64,000 nt of DNA from positions 1 through 64,000 of the forward strand of contig CAVTHS010000007.1 of NCBI GenBank assembly GCA_963734535.1. The letters run 5' to 3'. The translations under genes and the position numbers were made by a program. The DNA comes from an uncultured Chloroflexia bacterium. Its GTDB lineage: Bacteria; Chloroflexota; Limnocylindria; Limnocylindrales; CSP1-4. Positions 42,255 to 51,524 of this stretch are shown piece after piece (position 1 is the stretch's first letter; every line of letters begins with the position of its first letter). A model generated the notes under the pieces. It was not told the origin of the DNA and ran no database searches. It was given only the letters and a program-made list of their open reading frames with translations.

Positions 42255-43217
42255 TCAGGCCTCCTCGACGACCGTCGACGGCGTGGTACCGGGTGTCGTC
42301 TGGGCCACGATGACGCCGAGGATCACGAGGAAGCCTCCGAGCAGCTGCACCGACGACAGGCGCTCGCCGAAGAGGAGCGTCGCAAGGGTGATCGTCCAGA
42401 CCGGCTCCACGGTCGAGACGAGCGCGGCCTGGGCGGCCCCGATCCGCGCCGTGCCCGCGTAGAACGCCGAGATCGCGACGGCTGTCGAGAAGACGGCGAT
42501 CCCCGCCAGCCCGAACCACGCGCCGCCGGGAACGAGCCACGGCACGGTTGGCTCGCCGGCCGCGGCGGCCATCAGCGCCACCACGGCGAACGTCGCGGTC
42601 AGCATCACGGCGGCTGCCACGGCCGGGCGCGTCTCCGCACCGTCGCCGCCGGTCCGGTCGTTGGCCGTCTCGCCGCGCCGCTCGCCGGCGAGGTGGGCCG
42701 CGAGGACGATGTAGACCGCGTAGATGCAGGGAGAGGCGATGATGAGGGCGAGCCCGACCGGATCGGCGCGCGTCTCGATCCCACCCAGCGTGAGGGCCAC
42801 CCCGAGGCTCACGATCCCGAGCGCGGCCCAGGGCCGGCGACCGTGCAGCCCGTGCCCGAACCGGATCGAGATCACCGCAACGAGGGCCGGGTAGATGTAC
42901 ACGATCAGCGACGCGAGCGACGCCGAGATGTACTGCAGCGCGGCGTAGTACGTGCCCGCGTTGGCCACGAAGAAGGCCCCGAGCCCGATGAGCGCGACGA
43001 CGCGGCGCCGTGGCAGCGCTCGCAGGCCGGCGCGGTTCGCGGGCACGAGGAGCGCCCACGCCCACACGAGCAGCCCGCCGAGGAGGAACCGCCAGTAGAG
43101 GAGGGCGAGCCAGTCGAGGCCGGCACCGTACACGCTCTTCGCGAAGAGGGGACCCGACCCATAGCCGCAGGCGGAGATGGCCGCCAGGGCAATCCCCAGC
43201 AGGCGGCGACGGTCCAT
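42255..43217 (-). CDS. DMT/EamA family transporter
   Basis: About ten TM helices; STVEPVWTITLATLLFGERL. Confidence 0.88.
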   Translation of the reverse strand: MDRRRLLGIALAAISACGYGSGPLFAKSVYGAGLDWLALLYWRFLLGGLLVWAWALLVPANRAGLRALPRRRVVALIGLGAFFVANAGTYYAALQYISASLASLIVYIYPALVAVISIRFGHGLHGRRPWAALGIVSLGVALTLGGIETRADPVGLALIIASPCIYAVYIVLAAHLAGERRGETANDRTGGDGAETRPAVAAAVMLTATFAVVALMAAAAGEPTVPWLVPGGAWFGLAGIAVFSTAVAISAFYAGTARIGAAQAALVSTVEPVWTITLATLLFGERLSSVQLLGGFLVILGVIVAQTTPGTTPSTVVEEA

Positions 43218-43363
43218 CTGTCCGAGCGTAGCAAAGCGCGCGACCGCTCGAGAGGTCCCGGGAGCGGGGATCGCCGGGCCGCCGATGACCGTCGGGTGGT
43301 CCTGGTGCCGGAGCCGGGCCGCCGGAACCGCGCCGGGGCGCTGGACCACCGGGGCCGAGAGGG

Positions 43364-46300
43364 TCAGGCTGCGGGCGAGCTCCCGGAGCCGGCTGCGCCG
43401 TCGGCCGACGCGATGAGCTCCGAGATGCGCGCGAGGAGGACGCGTGGCCCGACCGGCTTCGAGAGAAAGTCGTTGCAGCCGGCAGCCCTCACCCGCTTCG
43501 CATCCTCGGGCGTGGCGTCGGCGCTCAGGACCAGGATCGGCAGGTGCTGGCGTGTCGTGTCGGCGCGGATGTCCTCGGCGAGCTCGACGCCGTTTCCATC
43601 GCCCAGGCGCAGGTCCAGGAGGACGAGCGCCGGCGTTCCCTGGCTGAGCCGGTTCCGCGCCTCCGCGAGGGAGCGCGCCTTCCAGACCTCGTAGTCCGCC
43701 ATCTCGAGGATGTCGGTGGCAAGGCTGAGCGCGGTGAGGTCGTCCTCCACGACGAGAACCGGGCGACCGCCGCCCAGGCCAGCCATCGGGAGTCTCTCCG
43801 GCTCCTGGCTGGCATGGTCGACGCCCGCCTCCGCTTGCCGTGGAAGCGTCAGGGTGAACGAGCTGCCCAAGCCGAGCGTGCTCGAGACCACCAGCCTGCC
43901 GCCGTGCAGCTCGGCCAGGCTTCGGGCGATGGCCAGCCCGAGGCCGGCGCCGGGCGTGCTCGTGCGGGAGACCTGCTCGAACGGCAGGAACGCGCGGTCG
44001 ACATCCTCGGGGCCGATCCCGATCCCGGTGTCGCGGACGGTGACGGCGATCTCCGTGCGCCCTGAGCTGATCTCGACCCAGATATGCCCGCCCCGCTCGG
44101 TGAACTTGAGGGCGTTGCCGATCAGGTTGGTCAGGATCTGGCGCAGCCGGATGGTATCAGCCGTGACGAGGGGGCCCGATCCCGCGGGGATCTCGAGCGC
44201 AATACCGCGTTCCTCTGCCACCGCTGTCAGGTCGGGCGCGATCTCGGCGAGCAGGTCGCCCAGCCGGAACCGCGTCGGCCGGAGATCGAGCCTGCCGGCC
44301 TCGATCCTCGAAAGGTCGACCAGGTCGTCGATCAGGCGCACCATGAGGCGGCCGCTCGACTGGATCGTCGCTCCGAAGTCCCGGATCTTGGCGCCGGACA
44401 GCTTCCCGACGGGGGAGTCATGGACAAGCTCGCTCGAGATCAGGATCGCATGAAGGGGCGTGCGAAGCTCATGGGCGACGTTGGCCAGGAACTGCGTCTT
44501 CGCATCGTTCATCTTGACGAGCTCCGTGTTCGCCCTGTCAAGCTCGCCCACGAGCTCCCGTGCCTGGGCGTTGATCCGCGCGTTGTCCAGGCAGACCGCG
44601 GCGTGGTTGGCGAGGGCCACTGCGATGGCCTCGTCGCCCTCCGTGAACTCGCCGCCATCGAGCTTGTTGGCGACGTACAGGGTCGAGCGGGAGCCGGCCA
44701 CGTGGGGGATCGGGACGCCGAGGAACGATGTGATCGGTGGATGTCCCTCCGGGAGACCCTCGAACGCGGGGTGGGTCTGGACGTCGCGCAACCGGAGGGG
44801 ATGCCCGGACGTCGCTGAGACTGCGAGCACGCCGTGCCCGGTGGGCCAGCGGCCGATCCGCTCGAACGTCGCTCTCGCGTCCACCCCGTCGAACTCGGCC
44901 TCGACCAGCGTGCCGTCCGCGCCGTACGTGGCGATCGCCGCCGATTGGGCGCCCAACGTCTCGCGCGCCGAGCGGAGGACGGCCGGGATCACGGCAGCCG
45001 GGTCCTGGATCGCGCTGATCGCAAGCGTCGCATTGCGGAACCGCTCCTCCGTCATGCGCGCCCGCTCCTCGTTGTACCGGCGCTCCGTGATGTCCTCGAT
45101 CACGTACAGCGCCATCGGCTCGCGCGACGATGGCTCGTGGATCAACCTGGCCGTGACGGCCGTCCAGAGGATCGCGCCGTTCGCCGCGACGTAGCGTCGC
45201 TCGATGGCGCGGACCGCCCGCTCGCCGTCGAACAGGCGCTCTTCCAGCAGCCCGATCGTGGCCAGGTCGTCAGGGTGGATCATCTCGACGACCCGGCGGC
45301 CGAGCGTTTCGCTGGCCGGGAGCCCGAACATGGCGCAGAGCGCGGGGTTCGCCTGGGCCCAGCGGAGATCCTCCCCCGCGATCCCCATGCCGATGGGGCT
45401 CCCGTCGACCACCGCTCGGAGCTCGGCGGCGCTGGCCAGGGCGGCGGCCTCTGCGCGGGCGCGGTCGCTCTCGTCACGAACGATGGCGGAGACACCGGTT
45501 GTCTCTCCGGCGGCGCCGCGGACAGGTGAGACGGTGATCGAGACGGGAATCGTCACCGCGTCCCTCCGCCGCCACTCCCGTTGAAGGTTGTGGATGGTCG
45601 CGCCCGCGAGGACCGCCCCGAATCGCTCCCACAGCTGCGGCCCGTCTCCTTCCGGCAGCGCATCCGAGGCGTTCCGGCCGATCATCTCGGTCGCCTCGTA
45701 CCCGAACAGCCGCGTGGCGGCCGGGTTCCACGAGGTGATGGAGCCATCCGCGGCGACCGCGACGATGGCATCCTCGGAAGACTCGACGATCGCCGCAAGC
45801 TGGCTCACCTCCGCGAGCGACGCCGCCAGTCGCTCCACGAGCCCGGAGTTCTCGGCAACCAGGCTGAGCCTCGCTCCGAGGGTCTCGAGAGCCCGGACGT
45901 CCTCGCTGCCAAACGTGACGAGGTCATCGAGGCGTCCGGCGACCATCAGGAAGCCTTCGACCCCGCGCGGGCTCCGCAGCGGGACGATCATCCCACCGCC
46001 AGCGGTCCCGGAAGCTTGACCCCTGGAATCCAGGAGTCGGCTTCCGCCTCCCGGTGCGAGCAGCGCTCGGCGGGCAGCGACGAGGTCGGGGTCCGCGACC
46101 TCGATGTGGGGCGCGCCGCTCGACTCGAGCGTGACCCGGGTGGCGGGGCGGCTGACGGCCGGGTCGTCGAGGATCACCTCCACGGTTTCCCCGCGGAACA
46201 TCTCGCGCACGCGGACGAGCAGGCGGACGAGGACCGCCTCGTCCAGGAGCGGTCCCCGGAGGATCTCGGTGCAGTCGTACAGGAACTCCAGGCGAGCCTG

Positions 46301-47071
46301 CCGGACGCGCTGGGCGCTGAACGCGCGATAGCCGAGCAGCCCCACGCCGGCCGGCACGGTCAGGAGCCAGAGCCCGTTCGGCTCGGTGTTGATGAAGCTG
46401 ACGGCAAGCATCGCGATCGACGTGTTGACGAAGGCCGTCGCGAGCCCGAAGGCCAGCCCCTGTCGGAGGGCGGTCCACGCCATGCTTCGCACGCTCATCG
46501 AGATGACCAGGGAGATGGCCGGGGCGCTCACGGCAACGACGGTCGCCGCGCCCACGAACGAAGCACCCCACCAGAGGATCAGGTTCGTCGGGGCAGGCGG
46601 CACGATTGCCCGGAAGACCACCAACCCCAGCGAGGAACCCAGGCTGAAGATCCCGAGGTTGAATGCGAGCTTCAGGGGCGGCTGGCGCCGATGCACCACG
46701 AGCGCCGCAGCCGCACCCACGAACTGGGCGACGACCAGGTAGGCCGGGGCCACGAAGTAGAAGCCGACAACGAGCGGGATCTCGCTGAGCGAGACGGTGA
46801 CCGCCTGGTTCCGGAGCCTGAGATGGACCACGGCCACCTCCGCCAGGGCGAAACCCACGGCAAACGCCGGCCACGGGAGCGGGTCTTCCGGGTCATAGGC
46901 GGTGAGGGGCACGATGAGGATGAGGAACACGGCCACTGCAGCCGCCCAGACGACGCCCGTGAAGATCCAGGCGGCCCTCCGGCCCGTCAGCAGCGCCCGG
47001 GCCGAACCCGGCAGGCGACCGCGCGACGCACCTTCGACCCGCTTGTTCCCCGGCGCGACTGCGCTCGTCAC
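43364..47071 (-). CDS. Hybrid sensor histidine kinase (multi-TM, GAF, PAS-PAS, GAF, HisKA, HATPase, REC)
   Basis: AHELRTPL, NLIGNALKF, DTGIG, GLGLAI, C-terminal receiver VLLDL; about seven N-terminal TM helices. Confidence 0.92.
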   Translation of the reverse strand: MTSAVAPGNKRVEGASRGRLPGSARALLTGRRAAWIFTGVVWAAAVAVFLILIVPLTAYDPEDPLPWPAFAVGFALAEVAVVHLRLRNQAVTVSLSEIPLVVGFYFVAPAYLVVAQFVGAAAALVVHRRQPPLKLAFNLGIFSLGSSLGLVVFRAIVPPAPTNLILWWGASFVGAATVVAVSAPAISLVISMSVRSMAWTALRQGLAFGLATAFVNTSIAMLAVSFINTEPNGLWLLTVPAGVGLLGYRAFSAQRVRQARLEFLYDCTEILRGPLLDEAVLVRLLVRVREMFRGETVEVILDDPAVSRPATRVTLESSGAPHIEVADPDLVAARRALLAPGGGSRLLDSRGQASGTAGGGMIVPLRSPRGVEGFLMVAGRLDDLVTFGSEDVRALETLGARLSLVAENSGLVERLAASLAEVSQLAAIVESSEDAIVAVAADGSITSWNPAATRLFGYEATEMIGRNASDALPEGDGPQLWERFGAVLAGATIHNLQREWRRRDAVTIPVSITVSPVRGAAGETTGVSAIVRDESDRARAEAAALASAAELRAVVDGSPIGMGIAGEDLRWAQANPALCAMFGLPASETLGRRVVEMIHPDDLATIGLLEERLFDGERAVRAIERRYVAANGAILWTAVTARLIHEPSSREPMALYVIEDITERRYNEERARMTEERFRNATLAISAIQDPAAVIPAVLRSARETLGAQSAAIATYGADGTLVEAEFDGVDARATFERIGRWPTGHGVLAVSATSGHPLRLRDVQTHPAFEGLPEGHPPITSFLGVPIPHVAGSRSTLYVANKLDGGEFTEGDEAIAVALANHAAVCLDNARINAQARELVGELDRANTELVKMNDAKTQFLANVAHELRTPLHAILISSELVHDSPVGKLSGAKIRDFGATIQSSGRLMVRLIDDLVDLSRIEAGRLDLRPTRFRLGDLLAEIAPDLTAVAEERGIALEIPAGSGPLVTADTIRLRQILTNLIGNALKFTERGGHIWVEISSGRTEIAVTVRDTGIGIGPEDVDRAFLPFEQVSRTSTPGAGLGLAIARSLAELHGGRLVVSSTLGLGSSFTLTLPRQAEAGVDHASQEPERLPMAGLGGGRPVLVVEDDLTALSLATDILEMADYEVWKARSLAEARNRLSQGTPALVLLDLRLGDGNGVELAEDIRADTTRQHLPILVLSADATPEDAKRVRAAGCNDFLSKPVGPRVLLARISELIASADGAAGSGSSPAA

Positions 47072-47102
47072 GGCTGCCCCCGTCCCGGTGAGCGCCGTGC
47101 GC

Positions 47103-48962
47103 TCACTCGCTGCTCCATTTGACGGTCGACCATCCGAGGCCCGACCAGCTCAGGCCGGACCACGATAGTCCGGACCAGCCCAAGGCGGACCACGATAGAC
47201 CAGACCAGCTCAGGCCGGACCAGGACAGCCCGGACCAGCTCAGGCCGGACCAGGCCGGGCCACTCGATGAGGAGGCACACAGGCAGTCTCCCGTCCACGT
47301 GCGACCGTTCCACTTCCCGTGGTCCCAGCTGTGCCCCTCCGCCACCTCTTCGGCCCATTCTGCCGCGTTCCATGTCGTCCCGAAGATGTCGCGCTCACCC
47401 GCGAGCACTGACGTCCCCGCCTGGACGTGCGCGCCACCCCGTGCCGCCTCCAGCGACCCGGTCCCCGTCGCCCGGGGCCAGACCTGGACGGCGTCGGGGA
47501 CCGGAGCCCGCCCCGCACTCGCAACGTCGAGCAGACCAGCGCCCTGGGCGCCCGGGTCCCCCGACGTGATCGGGACCGCCGTGGACGTGAGGAGCGCCTT
47601 GACCTGGTCAGGCGTCAGTCCCGGTCGCTCGTCGAGCAGGAGTGCCACGGCCCCCGAAACAACGGCCGCCGCCTGGGATGTGCCGCTGCCCCGGAGCAGC
47701 CTGGAGCCGGTTGCGGAGGGAGCCGCGAGGTCCAGCGTCGAGCCCGGGTCGCGCAGCCCCGGGACGTCCACGCCCGGCGCCACGAGGTCCGGACGCCGGG
47801 CCGTGTCCCCGGGGCTGGACCACGAGGGGACGGTGTCGTCGGCCGGGTCGAGCGTGCCCTGGACGTCGGCGGCTCCCACGGCGATGACGTATGGGTCGGC
47901 CGCCGGGTTCGTAAGCGGGCGTCGGTACTCCCCGGCATTTCCGCCCGCTGTCACGACCACGATGCCCTTCCGCCACGCGGCTTCGACGGCGTAGGCCAAC
48001 GGGTCGACCGCATGGTCCTGCAATCCGTCCGTCCCGAATGAGAGATTGAGCAGGCGGATGTTCAGCCCGCCGCTGCGGCGGTGCTCGACCACCCAGTCGA
48101 TTGCCGCGATGACCTGGGACACGTCGGTGAGGCCATCCGCGCTCGCCACCTTCACGCTGACGATCCGCGCCCCGGGGGCGATCCCAGCAAACTCGCCGGC
48201 CTCCGGACGGTCGCCCGAGGCGAGCGCGTCGTCTCGGCCGGCGATGATGCTGGCAAGGTGCGTCCCGTGCCCGAACGTGTCCAGGTAGGGTGGCGCGCCT
48301 GCCTGCCGATCGAATGACAGGTCCGGTCCGTTTACCACCTTGCCGGTTGCCGTCAGGCCGTTGACCGGGACCACGCCAGAATCGATCAGGGCCACGTCCA
48401 CGCCAGCCCCCGTCACGTGGTCGTCCCAGAGCGTGGTGGCCCCGATCGCATCGGCGACGTCCGTGATCGAGCCTGTCGTCGATGCCCCGCCAAGATCGTT
48501 CAAGCTGCTCAGGCTGAGCGCCGCGTTCGGCGTCACCGACGAGACGCCTGGCGCACGCTGCAACGCTGACCTCGCCCAGGGCGAGACGCGGGCCTCGAAT
48601 CCATCGATCAGGGAGAGGCGCACCCCGGCTTCGCCGCCGACATCGCGGACAGCGCGAACCGCTTCGGCGTGGTGCCCGGGCACCTCCCGGACGATGACGC
48701 CGGCCAGGTTGACGGCACGCGCGGAAACACCAGCGCCTCCCGGTCCGGCCAGCAGGACCGCGGCGGCGGTGACGATTGGCACCACGAGGTGCACGCCTGC
48801 CCGGCCGCGAGGGTCCCGGCGGCGAGCGGGCCTGATGGCCTCGTAGCGGTGCGCCAATCCGGGCCTCCGTGGTCGTCGTGGTTGCTTCTGGCCGCGGGCG
48901 GCACCGGCGTGATCCGGCTCGCGTGCGTGTGAATCCGCACGCGTGTCAATCCGGCTGGACAC
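47103..48962 (-). CDS. S8 (subtilisin) serine protease with C-terminal Trp-pentapeptide repeats; start uncertain
   Basis: Catalytic VALIDSG, GHGTH, GTSQAA; tail (WSGLS)n. Confidence 0.9.
   Translation of the reverse strand: MSSRIDTRADSHAREPDHAGAARGQKQPRRPRRPGLAHRYEAIRPARRRDPRGRAGVHLVVPIVTAAAVLLAGPGGAGVSARAVNLAGVIVREVPGHHAEAVRAVRDVGGEAGVRLSLIDGFEARVSPWARSALQRAPGVSSVTPNAALSLSSLNDLGGASTTGSITDVADAIGATTLWDDHVTGAGVDVALIDSGVVPVNGLTATGKVVNGPDLSFDRQAGAPPYLDTFGHGTHLASIIAGRDDALASGDRPEAGEFAGIAPGARIVSVKVASADGLTDVSQVIAAIDWVVEHRRSGGLNIRLLNLSFGTDGLQDHAVDPLAYAVEAAWRKGIVVVTAGGNAGEYRRPLTNPAADPYVIAVGAADVQGTLDPADDTVPSWSSPGDTARRPDLVAPGVDVPGLRDPGSTLDLAAPSATGSRLLRGSGTSQAAAVVSGAVALLLDERPGLTPDQVKALLTSTAVPITSGDPGAQGAGLLDVASAGRAPVPDAVQVWPRATGTGSLEAARGGAHVQAGTSVLAGERDIFGTTWNAAEWAEEVAEGHSWDHGKWNGRTWTGDCLCASSSSGPAWSGLSWSGLSWSGLSWSGLSWSALGWSGLSWSGLSWSGLGWSTVKWSSE
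47106..47255 (-). repeat. 15-bp tandem repeat encoding about ten WSGLS-type units
   Basis: WSGLSWSGLSWSGLSWSGLSWSALGWSGLSWSGLSWSGLGWSTVKWSSE. Confidence 0.9.
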
Positions 48963-49197
48963 AGTAGGTGGACTCTATTCTCCCCACGATCGCGGTCGCG
49001 GTCCATCCCGCAGGTGAGGGGATCGCACCCTGCGCGACAGCCCGGGTCCTGTTGACCCCGGCGATTGGGCGGTACCATGCCCCAGGATGGGGGATAATCC
49101 TCCGAAGGTGGAGAGCCCGGCGGGGTGCTCCCGGGTTACCGGTTTCGGCTCTGGCGTGCGAGAAATCAGGCGCCTGGCAGGGGGAGAGGGTTCGGTT

Positions 49198-50007
49198 ATG
49201 AGCAAGGCCGCGGTGACGGGTCGGATCGCCTCGGCTCCTGATCGGCCGTCCGGCCGACCAGGAGCGCGTGACGGCCGATCCCGGGTCGCGGTCAAGCCGG
49301 GCGACCTGGTCCCCGTGTCTGCCATCCCCGGGGCGACTCGCGTCCTGATCGTCGACGATCACCGGGCGTTCTCCGAGGCGCTCGCCGCCGCGATCGATGG
49401 CAACCTGGACCTCGTCTGTGTCGGCACCCCGACCACGATCGACGAATGCCTTGCCATGGTGGAGACGACCGCGCCGGACGTGGTCCTGCTGGACATCTAC
49501 CTGCCCGACGGCGATGGCATCGAGGCGATCCCGGCGATACGGGCTCGCCATGGCGACGCTCGCATTCTCGTCATGACCGGGTACACCGACGTCGAGGTCA
49601 TGGCGCGGGCGGCCTCGGCGGGAGCGAGCGGCTTCCTGCCAAAGGAGAATTCGATCAGCGCGGTCCTGGCTGCCATTCGGGCGGTTGGGGACGGTCAGAT
49701 GCTCGTCGACGGATCGACCCTCGCTGCGATCCTGGGCCGGGTGGGCCGCGCCGCCCCGGGGACCCGCGCGCTCGACTCCGGCGCCGCCAACCTGACCAGG
49801 CGCGAGCGGGATGTCCTGGACCTCATGGGCCAGGGCCTCGATCCACACGCCGTTGCCGGGAAGCTCGAGATCAGCCTCCACACCTGTCGGGGCTACCAGA
49901 AGAGCATCCTGGCCAAGCTCGACGCGCACAGCCAGCTGGAGGCCGTCGTCGTCGCGGCCCGGCGCGGCCTCATCGCGCGGCTCGGACAAGGACGGGGCCG
50001 CGCCTGA
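49198..50007 (+). CDS. NarL/LuxR family response regulator
   Basis: VLIVDDH, VVLLDIYLPD, FLPK; HTH LTRRERDVL..ISLHTCRGY..KLDAHSQLEAV. Confidence 0.92.
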   Translation: MSKAAVTGRIASAPDRPSGRPGARDGRSRVAVKPGDLVPVSAIPGATRVLIVDDHRAFSEALAAAIDGNLDLVCVGTPTTIDECLAMVETTAPDVVLLDIYLPDGDGIEAIPAIRARHGDARILVMTGYTDVEVMARAASAGASGFLPKENSISAVLAAIRAVGDGQMLVDGSTLAAILGRVGRAAPGTRALDSGAANLTRRERDVLDLMGQGLDPHAVAGKLEISLHTCRGYQKSILAKLDAHSQLEAVVVAARRGLIARLGQGRGRA

Positions 50008-50910
50008 TCGCCCCCTGACCGGCCGCCCATCGGCCGCATCGGGCGCTGATCGGCCGATCAGACCCCTCATCTTCGGGAGGGAAGTCCACTCCATCTGAGG
50101 GCTGGCGGCCGGCAGGAATGGCGGCGCCTAATGCAGGACGCAAGGGCGCGCCCGCACCGCCGGGTTTTCGACGGTTCAGACGGCCCTGGCACGTTGACCC
50201 GCATCCTTGCTGCCCGAGCGCAAGCGGGCACGCAAGCCAGCGACCGACGGCCTCGGTGCCCGAGACGGGCCTCCTCCCCCTGACATCGCAAGGGTGCCGG
50301 GGCCGCCGGCTCAGCCTGGCCCGCGCGGGCGACCCGGCGGGCGGCCGTCTGCTGGACCCAGATCCATTCCGAACCTGCCGTCCCGCCAACGCGGGTCCCG
50401 GCTCCGGACGCGTCCCCGACCCCACCGGCTCTGACCGCAGCCGCCAGCCTCCCGCTGCGCCCGCGCGACCCGCTCACAGCCGGCCATGACCCTGGAGCGC
50501 TGCCGCCCGTCCTGACCAGTTGCCGTGGCTATAGCAGCCATCCATTGGCGTCCGGATGCGACCACGCGCGACCCCCCAACCTGCGGGGTCGGCAGCCTCC
50601 CACCTGCGGGCTAGGCCGCCCATGCGTCGGCGGTGCCCAATTACGGCGGCGACATGTGGCCTCTTGTGGGGATCAGATCGCACGCCTAATTGAGAGGGTG
50701 ACGTGGACACATTGATGCGGATCCCGTCCGCGACCGGGGTGCCTTGCGAGAGCGCCTCCCGTCCGTCGGCGGCTATCCCGAGTTCGTCGACGTCGGCGTC
50801 CGCGCCCACGTTCGGGGCTCTCGGCGTTGGGTGACGCCGTGGTCGCCCCAGCTGACGCCGCGGACGTCCGGTCGCCGGTCCGCCTGCGACGGCCGTCTGC
50901 CCCCGATCCC

Positions 50911-51456
50911 GTGCGCGTCGTGGCGTACAGCTGGCTGATGGCCCTCGCGGCCATCGGCCTGCTCAACCTGCTCCACGCGGACCTCCACGAGCATCACGAC
51001 CTCCCCCCGCTCGTTCACTGGCTGCGGGACGCGGCCCTCGCGGTACCCCTCGCCGCGATTGCCGTCCTGGGAGCGGCGTTCCTCGTCCGGGCGCGCACCT
51101 TTCGCCCGCGTGGCGGAGGCGTCTCGTCGATCCCCACGCGTCTCGCCTGGGCGGTCTTCGCCTCCACCTTCTTCGCGATCCTCAGCATCCCCGGGATCCA
51201 GCTCCATGGGCTGTTGTTCGGGGCCGAGGAGGAGTCCGTGGGCTGGCTCGCGGACGCGTTCAAGGACGGAGGCATCACGTTGGCGATCTCCCTCGTCGCG
51301 CTCGTGCCAGCCGCGTTGATCACGGGGCCGCCCTGGCGAGCTGTCCGTGCCGACTTTGGACCTGACCAGGCGCCCGGAGCGACGCTCGCAGCGTCGGCCG
51401 GGTCTTCCGCATTTCTCGCAACCGCGGGATCCACCTACGCCGGAGGCGATCGATGA
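50911..51456 (+). CDS. His-rich 4-TM membrane protein, first gene of the MCO operon (start uncertain)
   Basis: Four hydrophobic helices; LLHADLHEHHDLPPLVHWLRD and QLHGLLFG; stop overlaps the next ORF. Confidence 0.6.
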   Translation: MRVVAYSWLMALAAIGLLNLLHADLHEHHDLPPLVHWLRDAALAVPLAAIAVLGAAFLVRARTFRPRGGGVSSIPTRLAWAVFASTFFAILSIPGIQLHGLLFGAEEESVGWLADAFKDGGITLAISLVALVPAALITGPPWRAVRADFGPDQAPGATLAASAGSSAFLATAGSTYAGGDR

Positions 51457-51524
51457 GCACCCAGGACAACCGCGCCTCCGTGGCAGGCCAGCAACGTTCC
51501 ACCAGCAGTGAGGAGAGCCAGGTA

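Noticed and set aside
47106-47255. Tandem repeat considered as a CRISPR array
   Set aside because: 15-bp coding repeat without spacers.
50010-50900. Short ORFs or a riboswitch in the long intergenic region
   Set aside because: Translations are R/P/G-rich without motifs; no recognisable aptamer consensus.
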